DNA of 64,000 bases from Spirochaetales bacterium (GTDB lineage Bacteria; Spirochaetota; Spirochaetia; DSM-27196; SLST01): positions 2,658-66,657 of the forward strand of contig SKZO01000156.1 of assembly GCA_007127335.1 (NCBI GenBank), in the 5' to 3' direction. Numbering within the stretch: position 1 is the stretch's first letter; every line of letters starts with the position of its first letter. The translations under genes were made by a program, and so were the position numbers. Shown here piece after piece: positions 44,941-53,423 of the stretch. The notes under the pieces are model-generated. The model saw only the letters and a list, made by a program, of their open reading frames with translations, was not told the DNA's origin and made no database searches.

Positions 44941-45940
44941 GACCTGGGACCCGGAAGTCGTCGATCGGGCGCTCGCGGCGGGACAGCGGATCCGTGAAGC
45001 GCAGGCGGAGATCGGCAAGGCGATCGTCGGACACGTCGACCTGGTGGAGCAGGTGCTCGTCTGCCTCCTGTGCCGCGGGCATGCCCTCCTTGAAGGCGTT
45101 CCCGGTCTTGGCAAGACCTATCTGATCAGGACGATCGGAGAGGTACTCGACCTCGCGACGAGCCGGATCCAGTTCACCCCGGACCTGATGCCTGCCGACA
45201 TCATCGGCACGAACGTGCTCGTCCGGGATGAACACGGTCATCAGGTCATCCGGTTCCAGAAGGGTCCCATCTTCAGCCAGGTGCTGCTCGCCGACGAGAT
45301 AAACCGGGCAACGCCCAAGACCCAGTCCGCGCTGCTCGAAGCAATGCAGGAGCAGAACGTGACCGTCGCGGGACGAACCTACCCCCTCGCGCCGCCGTTC
45401 ATCGTGCTCGCGACCCAGAACCCCATCGAGATGGAGGGAACCTATCCGCTTCCGGAAGCACAGCTCGACCGGTTCTTCTTCAAGCTCCGCGTAGTCTACC
45501 CGCAGCACGACGATCTGCTCGCCATAGTCAACCGCACGACCGGCGATGCGCCGGTCGTGCTCAACCGCATGCTGTCGGCGACGCAGATCGGCGGATACCA
45601 GGAGCTCATTCGTTCGGTCCCGGCCTCACGAACGGTCACGGACTATGCGGTCCGTCTCGTCTACGCAACCCATCCGCAGCGCGACGGAGCCGACGGGGAG
45701 ATCAGCCGCTTCGTCCGTTACGGATCGAGTCCGCGGGGAGCACAGGGGCTGGTACTCGCCGCGAAGGTGTACGCCCTGCTCGACAGGCGGTTCGCAGTGA
45801 GTTTCGACGACATACGGCGGGCCGCGCTGCCCGCGCTTCGCCATCGGCTCATCCTCAGTTTCCAGGGAGAGGCCGAGGGCGTCGACCAGGATGCACTCAT
45901 TCAGCGCGTGCTCGAGATAACGCCGGAAGGAGGCGCCTGA
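44924..45940 (+). CDS. MoxR-family AAA+ ATPase
   Basis: IVGHVDLVEQVLVCLLCRGHALLEGVPGLGKTYLIRT (Walker A), LLADEINRATPKTQSALLEAMQE (Walker B/sensor), ATQNPIEMEGTYPLPEAQLDRF. GGAGGA lies 5 nt upstream of ATG 44924. Confidence 0.9.
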   Translation: MMNRNETWDPEVVDRALAAGQRIREAQAEIGKAIVGHVDLVEQVLVCLLCRGHALLEGVPGLGKTYLIRTIGEVLDLATSRIQFTPDLMPADIIGTNVLVRDEHGHQVIRFQKGPIFSQVLLADEINRATPKTQSALLEAMQEQNVTVAGRTYPLAPPFIVLATQNPIEMEGTYPLPEAQLDRFFFKLRVVYPQHDDLLAIVNRTTGDAPVVLNRMLSATQIGGYQELIRSVPASRTVTDYAVRLVYATHPQRDGADGEISRFVRYGSSPRGAQGLVLAAKVYALLDRRFAVSFDDIRRAALPALRHRLILSFQGEAEGVDQDALIQRVLEITPEGGA

Positions 45941-46822
45941 GTGGCCGATCGGCTGTTCGACGAAGCGTTCCTCCGCAAGCTCGAACGACTCTCTCTGGCG
46001 GCACGCCGTATCCGCACGGGCCTCTCGCGCGGAGAGAATCTCACGATCAGCCGCGGCGCCTCGCTGGACTTTGCCGACTTCCGGCTCTATCAGCCCGGCG
46101 ACGACTTCCGCTATCTCGACTGGAACATCTACCGGCGCCTCAACCGGCTGTTCCTGAAGGTGTTCACCGCCGAGGAGAACCTCACGGTACACATCCTCGT
46201 GGACACGAGCCGATCAATGGCATTCGGTTCTCCCACGAAGCTGTGGTACGCCACGCGCCTTGCGGCCGCACTCGGCTACCTGGCGATCCACAATCTCGAT
46301 CGCGTGGGAGTGAGCGCGTTCGCAGAAGGCGTTGAACACTCGCTCCCTCCCCTCCGTCAGGCCTCCCATGCATCGACGCTCTTCGACTATCTCGGAGCGC
46401 TCGAGCCTGCAGGCCGAACCGACTTCAACGGCACGCTGCGCAACTATGCGATGCAGTCGCGACGTCCGGGATTGGCGATTCTGCTGACGGATCTCCTTGA
46501 TCCGGGCGGATACGTGGAGGGTCTCAAGGCGCTACTGTACCGCCGTTTTGACGTTATGCTCCTCCACGTGATGGACGAACAGGAGATCACACCGGAGCTT
46601 CGGGGACCGTACCGACTGGTCGATGGAGAGACCCTGGAGGAGACCGAGCTCGACCTGGGATCAGAACTGGCCGCCGACTACCGGCGGGAGCTCGGGCGAT
46701 TCCTCGAGGAGGTCGAGAGCTTCTGCTTGAGCAACGGCATCGAGTACCTTCGCACGACGACCAGAATCCCCTTTGAGGACGTCGTTCTGGACTATCTTCG
46801 ACGGGGGGTATTCGTCCATTGA
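45941..46822 (+). CDS. DUF58 protein (degenerate VWA, MoxR partner)
   Basis: RGASLDFADFRLYQPGDDFRYLDWNIYRRLNRLFLKVFTAEENLTVHILVDTSRSM is the classic DUF58 core. GTG start immediately after the moxR stop. Confidence 0.85.
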   Translation: MADRLFDEAFLRKLERLSLAARRIRTGLSRGENLTISRGASLDFADFRLYQPGDDFRYLDWNIYRRLNRLFLKVFTAEENLTVHILVDTSRSMAFGSPTKLWYATRLAAALGYLAIHNLDRVGVSAFAEGVEHSLPPLRQASHASTLFDYLGALEPAGRTDFNGTLRNYAMQSRRPGLAILLTDLLDPGGYVEGLKALLYRRFDVMLLHVMDEQEITPELRGPYRLVDGETLEETELDLGSELAADYRRELGRFLEEVESFCLSNGIEYLRTTTRIPFEDVVLDYLRRGVFVH

Positions 46823-48642
46823 CCCTGCTGAACCCGCTCGGATTGCTGCTACTGCTCACCGTACCGGCACTGATCGTGCTCCATCTCTTTCGCCATGAGC
46901 GCCGACGAGTCGAGGTTTCGTCGCTCTACCTGTGGCGTCAGATCGCCGACCGACACAGCCGGCGAATCCGGCCGCGACTGTTGCGGAACATCAACCTCCT
47001 TCTCCAGATCGCCGCGGCGATCCTCGCGTCGCTGGCCGCCGCGCAACCGCACCTGCCGGAGCAGCAGGCCGGCGCGCCGGCGGCGAAGGTCCTGATTATC
47101 GACGACAGCGCGAGCATGCAGACCGGCGCGGTGCCGAGACTCGAGCTTGCGCGCAACCGGGCACGTGAGATCATTGGGCGGGCATCCGGCGCGACACAGT
47201 TCATGCTCGTGACGGCGGGCCCCCGGCCGCGCATCGTGCAGACGTTCACGAGCGATCGCGATGTGCTCTACGAGGGCTTGCGGGAGATCCGGGGAACCGA
47301 CGGCGCAGCCGGGTTCGAGAGGGCGATCGCACTCGCCACATCCGTCCTGGGTGAGGCGGAGACCAGTCTGGTGCTGATTACCGACGGTGCGGTCTCCGCC
47401 GCGCGACGGCCGGTCTTCCCCCCGAATCTGAGGACCGAGCTGGTTGGGGGAGCCAACGGCGAATGGGCCGACGTGGCAAACCGGGCCGTGACCGTCTTCG
47501 AGCTGCGCACGCGACCGGACGGCAGCGCGATCGAGGCACTCGTGGGAGTCGCGAATCATGCCCCTGATCCGGCCGATGTGCGGCTGCGGCTCACCGCCGA
47601 CGGCGAGACGGTATCCGATCGCCGAATCGAGCTCGGTGCGGGCGAAGAACGCCTGTTCACCTCCGTTCTCCCGCGCACGCGGGCGTCGATCTACTCCGCC
47701 GAGCTCGTTGGGAACGAGGATGCCCTTGCGGCCGACGACCGTGCCTTCGTGGTGGCCGCGGGCGAACGACCAATCAGGGTACACCTGGCGAGCAAGGGCA
47801 ATCACTTCCTCGAGTCGTTCCTTTCGGTCTACCCGAATGTCGAGCTCACGGTGACCGAACAACTGCGGCACCCCCTCCTGTACGACCTCCTCATACTCGA
47901 CCGGGTCCCGGCCCCGTCGGGGCTCAGCGGGAACGTACTGGCGCTCGGGACGAGCCTGCCCGACGGCCCGTTCGCCCCCGAGAGGCTCGTCGCGGTCGAA
48001 GCCGCAGCATCGGAGAGACAAGACCATCCGCTGGTCCGCGGCGTCCGGCTTGGCGAGACCCGAATTCGGCAGATGCTCGTTGGCGACTGGCACCCGCGGA
48101 CGACCGTCGTCGCTCGCTCGGGCGGGCATCCTCTGCTCTATACCTTCCAGGACGACCGACTCTCGCTCGTAGCCACGACGTTTGCCCTCTCCGACACCGA
48201 TCTCCCGCTTCGTACCGGGTTCCCCGTGCTCATGCACAATGTCATCGAACTGCTCGTGCCGGTGGCCCCGACGGGAGAGCTCGGTTATGCCCGGCCGGGA
48301 AGCGTCGTCCCGCTCCATGTTCCGCCGGGTGAAGAGCTGGTGGTCATCACGCCTGATGCGACGCCGTTGCGGTTCAGACCGCGCGCATCGCGACTCGAGT
48401 TCTCCCGCACGTGGCAGACCGGATTGTACGAAGTGCGCGGTGAGTCGTTCAGGTCGCACTTCGCCGTCAATCTCCTCGACACCGACGAGTCCAATCTCAT
48501 GCCGCGGATGGAGGCCGTCCGCGCGGAGACCGGGGCTTCAGTCGCGCCACAGGGCGCCGGGCGGCCCGTCTGGCGATGGCTTGCCGTCGCGACGCTTGCG
48601 CTCCTCGCACTCGACTGGTTTCTCTGGGTGAGGAGGTACTGA
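46819..48642 (+). CDS. BatA-like protein: aerotolerance-regulator N-terminal double-TM domain + VWA domain
   Basis: MTLLNPLGLLLLLTVPALIVLHLFRHERRRVEVSSLYLW (BatA_N pattern), VWA MIDAS-like KVLIIDDSASM, C-terminal TM (WRWLAVATLALLALDWFLW). TTG start in a TTGA overlap with the DUF58 stop. Confidence 0.75.
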   Translation: MTLLNPLGLLLLLTVPALIVLHLFRHERRRVEVSSLYLWRQIADRHSRRIRPRLLRNINLLLQIAAAILASLAAAQPHLPEQQAGAPAAKVLIIDDSASMQTGAVPRLELARNRAREIIGRASGATQFMLVTAGPRPRIVQTFTSDRDVLYEGLREIRGTDGAAGFERAIALATSVLGEAETSLVLITDGAVSAARRPVFPPNLRTELVGGANGEWADVANRAVTVFELRTRPDGSAIEALVGVANHAPDPADVRLRLTADGETVSDRRIELGAGEERLFTSVLPRTRASIYSAELVGNEDALAADDRAFVVAAGERPIRVHLASKGNHFLESFLSVYPNVELTVTEQLRHPLLYDLLILDRVPAPSGLSGNVLALGTSLPDGPFAPERLVAVEAAASERQDHPLVRGVRLGETRIRQMLVGDWHPRTTVVARSGGHPLLYTFQDDRLSLVATTFALSDTDLPLRTGFPVLMHNVIELLVPVAPTGELGYARPGSVVPLHVPPGEELVVITPDATPLRFRPRASRLEFSRTWQTGLYEVRGESFRSHFAVNLLDTDESNLMPRMEAVRAETGASVAPQGAGRPVWRWLAVATLALLALDWFLWVRRY

Positions 48643-51446
48643 TGCGGCTCCTGTACCCCACCGCCCTCCTGCTCCTGATCGTCGTGCCGCTGCTCGCAAC
48701 ATCGCTTCTGCGACACCGCCACACCCCCTGGCCCCGGCGCGCCATACCGCTTGCGATTCGGGCATTCGCGGTTGCGGCAGTGGTGCTTGCCATCGCGGGA
48801 ACCGAGTCGCTCGTGGACGAACCGGGGGTCGACATCGTCTTCGTCGTGGATGTGTCCGACAGCGTAGGGCCGGACGGGGCCGCGCTCGCACAACGATTCG
48901 TGGATCGGACGCTCGCCCGGACGGCCCCGGAAGACCGCGCAGCGATCCTCCTCGTCGCCGATGGAGTGGCCGTTGAGCGTCGGCTGCAGCCGGGACTGAC
49001 CCGGCTGACGCGGGAGTCGGTTCTGGATACCGGAGCAACCACGCTCGCCGACGGCGTGCTGCGCTCCCTGTCGCTGCTCGAGGATCGCCGCGCCGCGAGG
49101 ATCGTGCTCCTGAGCGACGGCCGCGAGACGGGAGGCGATGTCGTCGCGGCCGCACGGGTGGCCGCGGAGGCGGGGGTGGAGGTCTCGGTCGTTCCGCTTC
49201 CAGCACGCCCTGCCGAGGGCGGTGTCTTTGTGCGAGGGATCGATGCACCCGCGGAGGTGCGGAAGGAAGAGCCGCACGAGTTTCGGGTGGTCGTTGCGGC
49301 GACCGAGGCGAGACAGGCGACGATCACCGTCTTTCGCAACGATCGCTACTACGGTGAGGATCTCGTCCGCCTTGGACCAGGGGACAATGTCGTGGGGTTC
49401 CAGGGACGGTTCGAGGAAGCGGGTATCCACCGCTACCGTGTCGTTGTCTCGGCACCTGACCTGCCCGACGCGCCCACGAACGAGGCGGAGGCCCTTGTCC
49501 GCGTCACCGGCGAGCCGGCCGTGTTGTACGTGACACGGTCGCCGGCGCCGCATGCGGTGACGGCGCTGCGGCAGCAGGGCTTCTCGGTCGACGTGAGACC
49601 GGTCAGCGGCATCCCCGGCGACCTCGGCGGGTTGGTTCACTTTGACGCCGTCGTGTTCGACAATGTTCCGGCCTACGAGCTCTCACTCGCTCGAATGGAA
49701 GCTGTTGAGCGGTACGTTCGCGATGCCGGTGGCGGCTTCCTGATGATCGGAGGTGATGAGAGCTTCGGCGCCGGAGGCTACTACCGAACGCCGATCGAGC
49801 GTCTGCTGCCGGTTGACATGGACATTACGTCGACGATGAAGATGCCCTCGCTCGCTATGCTCTTCGTGATCGACAAGTCCGGCAGCATGGGTGCCATGGA
49901 AGTCAGCGGGGTCACGAGACTCGATCTCGTGAAGGAGGCGGTAGTATCGGCGGTAGAAATCATGAATCCGTACTATCAGGTCGGTGTGATCGCCTTCGAT
50001 GCCGACTACGAGTGGGTCGTCCCCGTCACGAGGGCCGAGGAGCGGGAGCGCATCATAGGCGATCTCGTGCTGCTCTCGCCCGGGGGCGGAACGGTCCTCG
50101 GCGGTGCACTGCGGGAGGCGTTGCAGTCGCTCCGCGACGAGGAGGCCGCAGTGAAGCACATCATCGTGCTCTCAGACGGACTCACGGCGGATTCCGGTTT
50201 CGATGAGCTGATCGACGAGTTCGGTGAAGGGTCGATCACGATCTCGACCGTCTCGGTCGGATCGACGGCAAACCGCGCACAGATGCAGCAGATCGCCGAG
50301 TGGGGCGGCGGTCGGAGTTACCACGCCGCGGACCCGCGCAGCGTTCCCCGGATCTTCGCTACGGAGACGACGATCATGAGCAGGAACCTGATCGTCGAAC
50401 GCCCCTTCGTCCCGCAGATCGTCGCCCGGAACGCCGTTGTTGATGGAATAGGCGCGGATGAGATTCCACCGCTGGAAGGATTTGTGCTCGCCTACCAGAA
50501 GCCGGACGCCCAGATGGTGCTTTCCGGAGTCGGCGGCAATCCCGTCCTGTCGACCCGCCGGTACGGACTCGGGCGCAGCGTCGCCTTCACGTCTGACCTC
50601 CGGGCGCGATGGGCGATCAACTGGATCGGCTGGCAGGGGTATCCGAGGCTGATCGGCCAGATGCTGCGATGGGCCCAGCGCCCGGCCGGCGATACGACGC
50701 TTGCCGTCGGCTTCGAGACCCGTCCCGGTGCGGCGACGCGCATGACCGTCGACGCGTCGGAGCCTGACGGGAGCTTCCGGAATCTCCTCGAGCTCACCGC
50801 CCGAGTCGTCCCACCGAACGGGAACACGTTCCGGGTGGCGCTCGAACAGACGGGCCCGGGACGGTACGAGGCGGACCTGCCGAGCAACCGCCCGGGAGAG
50901 TATCTCGTGACGATAATCGGCGCGGCGGACGGACGTCCCGAGCCGTACGGGTTCTCGCTCCCCTATGCGCAGGAGTATCTCCACTTCGAAACGGACTACG
51001 AACTGCTCGAAGCGGTAGCCCGTGCCGGCGGAGGCACGATGCTCGGGCCTGACGACACGGCCACGGCGCTCGACAGGCCCCGCGCCGGGATCACCCACCG
51101 GGATCTCGGGCCGTGGTTGCTCGTGGCCGCGATGGCGCTGCTGCTCGTCGAGCTCTTCGTCAAACAGATCGCGCTGCCGGCCGTGGTACCGAGCGTGCCC
51201 GGGGCCCGACGTCCGGCTCAGGCCCCTCCGGCAACGGCCGAACGAGCACCGTCGCGGGAACCCGTTCGGCGAGCCGAGCGTCGCCGGCGGCCCGGCGCGT
51301 CAGAGGCCGTCTACGACGACCTGCGTCGTCAGATTGCGGACGACTACCGTCACGAGCGGGATCGGGTGAGCAGTGCGGAATGGGACACCGGACGCGTCCA
51401 TGTGCCGGGTCGGGAACGTGTCAGAAATCGGCGGCAGAGGCGTTGA
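48642..51446 (+). CDS. large BatA/BatB-like protein with two VWA domains and a GATase1-like (DUF1355-type) domain
   Basis: MRLLYPTALLLLIVVPLL...LLRHR (BatA_N-like). VWA1 VDIVFVVDVSDSV. VWA2 LAMLFVIDKSGSM ... IIVLSDG. Then VLAYQKPDAQMVL...GRSVAFTSDL...WIGWQGYPRLIGQMLRW. C-terminal TM and a basic tail. ATG 48642 in a TGATG overlap, preceded by AGGAGG. Confidence 0.8.
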   Translation: MRLLYPTALLLLIVVPLLATSLLRHRHTPWPRRAIPLAIRAFAVAAVVLAIAGTESLVDEPGVDIVFVVDVSDSVGPDGAALAQRFVDRTLARTAPEDRAAILLVADGVAVERRLQPGLTRLTRESVLDTGATTLADGVLRSLSLLEDRRAARIVLLSDGRETGGDVVAAARVAAEAGVEVSVVPLPARPAEGGVFVRGIDAPAEVRKEEPHEFRVVVAATEARQATITVFRNDRYYGEDLVRLGPGDNVVGFQGRFEEAGIHRYRVVVSAPDLPDAPTNEAEALVRVTGEPAVLYVTRSPAPHAVTALRQQGFSVDVRPVSGIPGDLGGLVHFDAVVFDNVPAYELSLARMEAVERYVRDAGGGFLMIGGDESFGAGGYYRTPIERLLPVDMDITSTMKMPSLAMLFVIDKSGSMGAMEVSGVTRLDLVKEAVVSAVEIMNPYYQVGVIAFDADYEWVVPVTRAEERERIIGDLVLLSPGGGTVLGGALREALQSLRDEEAAVKHIIVLSDGLTADSGFDELIDEFGEGSITISTVSVGSTANRAQMQQIAEWGGGRSYHAADPRSVPRIFATETTIMSRNLIVERPFVPQIVARNAVVDGIGADEIPPLEGFVLAYQKPDAQMVLSGVGGNPVLSTRRYGLGRSVAFTSDLRARWAINWIGWQGYPRLIGQMLRWAQRPAGDTTLAVGFETRPGAATRMTVDASEPDGSFRNLLELTARVVPPNGNTFRVALEQTGPGRYEADLPSNRPGEYLVTIIGAADGRPEPYGFSLPYAQEYLHFETDYELLEAVARAGGGTMLGPDDTATALDRPRAGITHRDLGPWLLVAAMALLLVELFVKQIALPAVVPSVPGARRPAQAPPATAERAPSREPVRRAERRRRPGASEAVYDDLRRQIADDYRHERDRVSSAEWDTGRVHVPGRERVRNRRQRR

Positions 51447-52296
51447 TCAGAACGGCGTAGGCGTTGTTGATCAGCTTCGCCCGCTCGAGTCCGTTCGGGT
51501 TGACGTCCGGATGGTATCGACGCATCAGGCTTCGGTAGCGGTCGCGAATCTCGGCGCGGGCCGGCTCGGAGCCGAGCCCGAGCACCTGCAGAGCCTGCGC
51601 CCGCGACTCTGCCCGGTGTGGTCGCTGCGCGTCGGCACGCCCGTTCCCGTGGTCATCTGCGGCGTCGGCGTCCCGGTCGAACCCCGCCCCGCCCCGGGAC
51701 CCGGGCAGCATCCCCTCGTGCCGGGCGACCGTGCGCAGAATCTCGAGAAGCGCCGGAGCGAGGTCCTCAAAGTCGACGATGTGACGCTGCAGAAGCTGGC
51801 GCAGATACGACTCGACCGTGAAGCGAAGCGCCGCAGCGTCACGGACTTCGAGATACTCGTCGGCGCACTGGCGGACCAGCGTTTCGGTGTCGAAGAAGGT
51901 CGAAAGATAGACCAACCGCGCACGGTCGTACCGTCTGAATTCGCGAAGCATTGCACGAAAGGTCTCGGGCTCCGGAAGGTGCAGCACGACCGCACACCTG
52001 ACGAGACGCACGAAGCGCTCGGTCAGATCGAGTCGATCGTCGTGGCTCAGAAAAAGGCCGGCCTCGCGGAACTCGGGACCGTAGTCGCGGCCCGTGAGTT
52101 GCTCGAGAAGCGCGAGCAACTCACCGGTGTTCTCGGGCCCATACCGATCGACGCTCACCTGACCTGCTGCGTAGACTGCGCGATAGAGATCCACCGGGTC
52201 GTAGCGGTCCGACAGCTCGTCCTGGGCAACGGACCAGGTGCCGTCATACCCGGCGCGTGCCCGGAGGTCATGAATGAGCGCCGCGGTCGCCGTCAT
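51421..52296 (-). CDS. protein with C-terminal J domain (DnaJ-like co-chaperone), N-terminal region unknown
   Basis: The last ~60 aa, AQALQVLGLGSEPARAEIRDRYRSLMRRYHPDVNPNGLERAKLINNAYAVL, contain helix II, the HPD motif and helix III. Start placed at ATG 52296 (GAGGAGG upstream), just after the dusA stop. Confidence 0.65.
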   Translation of the reverse strand: MTATAALIHDLRARAGYDGTWSVAQDELSDRYDPVDLYRAVYAAGQVSVDRYGPENTGELLALLEQLTGRDYGPEFREAGLFLSHDDRLDLTERFVRLVRCAVVLHLPEPETFRAMLREFRRYDRARLVYLSTFFDTETLVRQCADEYLEVRDAAALRFTVESYLRQLLQRHIVDFEDLAPALLEILRTVARHEGMLPGSRGGAGFDRDADAADDHGNGRADAQRPHRAESRAQALQVLGLGSEPARAEIRDRYRSLMRRYHPDVNPNGLERAKLINNAYAVLINASAADF

Positions 52297-52306
52297 GGCA
52301 GCCTCC

Positions 52307-53290
52307 TCAGGCGTCGAGCACTTCGGGGCGGATGTCCCGGATCGCACGACGCATGACACCCACCGGATCGGTGTTGACCTCGGGGCCGCTCAGCACCTGT
52401 TTGAACCTCCGTGTGCCCGGCTGAAACGCGAAGAGCCCGAGCATGTGACGCACGACGTTCCGCGCCGGCCAACCGGCTGCATACCACCGCTCGAGATAGG
52501 GAATCATCTGCTCGACGACTTCGCGGCGAGTACTCCGTGAACACGGATCCGAGCCGAAGAACCGGGCATCCACGTCCGCAAGGAGCCAGGGATTGTCGTA
52601 GGCCGCCCGACCGATCATCACTCCATCAACGCGACAAAGATGGTCTTCGATCTGCGCGAGCGTCTCGATGTGACCGTTGATCTCGATCTGCAGGTGCGGA
52701 CGCTCGCGCTTGAGCCGGTAGACATCCTCGTAGCGCAGGGGAGGCACGCTCCGATTTTCCTTTGGCGAGAGCCCGGAGAGCACGGCTATCCGCGCGTGCA
52801 CGGTGAAGCGGGACGGCTCCGCACCGTGCACCGTGTCGACGAACTCGAGCAGATCATCGTAGCTCTCACGCCCGTCGATCCCTATGCGATGCTTCACCGT
52901 CACGGGCCTCGTAGTCACCGCGCGCATCGCGGCGATCAGGTCGCGAACCCGCTCGGGGCGCGCCATGAGACAGGCGCCGAACCTGCCGTTCTGCACCCGG
53001 TCACTCGGACATCCTACGTTGAGGTTGTACTCGTCGTATCCGTACTCCTCCGCGATGCGTATCGCGCTCGCAAGCTCGTGCGGATCATCCCCGCCGAGTT
53101 GGAGCGAGATGGGGTGCTCCGACTCGTCGAAGCCGAGCAGATAGTCACGGTCACCGTGGACGATCGCCGACGCGGTCACCATTTCGGTGTAGAGCAGCGT
53201 CGAACGGGTGATACGGCGGACAAAGTACCGGTAATGCCGATCGGTCTTCTCCATCATGGGCGCAATGCTGACGGGAGGAGTTCCGACCAT
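52307..53290 (-). CDS. dusA: tRNA-dihydrouridine synthase A
   Basis: VSIAPMMEKTDRHYRYFVRRITRSTLLYTEMV, LQLGGDDP, YDEYNLNVGCPSDRV (catalytic Cys), VKHRIG. Start placed at ATG 53290; an alternative in-frame ATG lies at 53350. Confidence 0.88.
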   Translation of the reverse strand: MVGTPPVSIAPMMEKTDRHYRYFVRRITRSTLLYTEMVTASAIVHGDRDYLLGFDESEHPISLQLGGDDPHELASAIRIAEEYGYDEYNLNVGCPSDRVQNGRFGACLMARPERVRDLIAAMRAVTTRPVTVKHRIGIDGRESYDDLLEFVDTVHGAEPSRFTVHARIAVLSGLSPKENRSVPPLRYEDVYRLKRERPHLQIEINGHIETLAQIEDHLCRVDGVMIGRAAYDNPWLLADVDARFFGSDPCSRSTRREVVEQMIPYLERWYAAGWPARNVVRHMLGLFAFQPGTRRFKQVLSGPEVNTDPVGVMRRAIRDIRPEVLDA

Positions 53291-53423
53291 GGCGGTTCGT
53301 GGCCGAACCGATTGCCTGAGACTGGGCAGAGAGCGGGGGGCTTCGAGCATTGCGGTCAGGATAAAAAAGAGGCAGCCCCGGGTCAACGACCGCGGGACTG
53401 CCAAGAAGGAGAGGAGTATTCTG

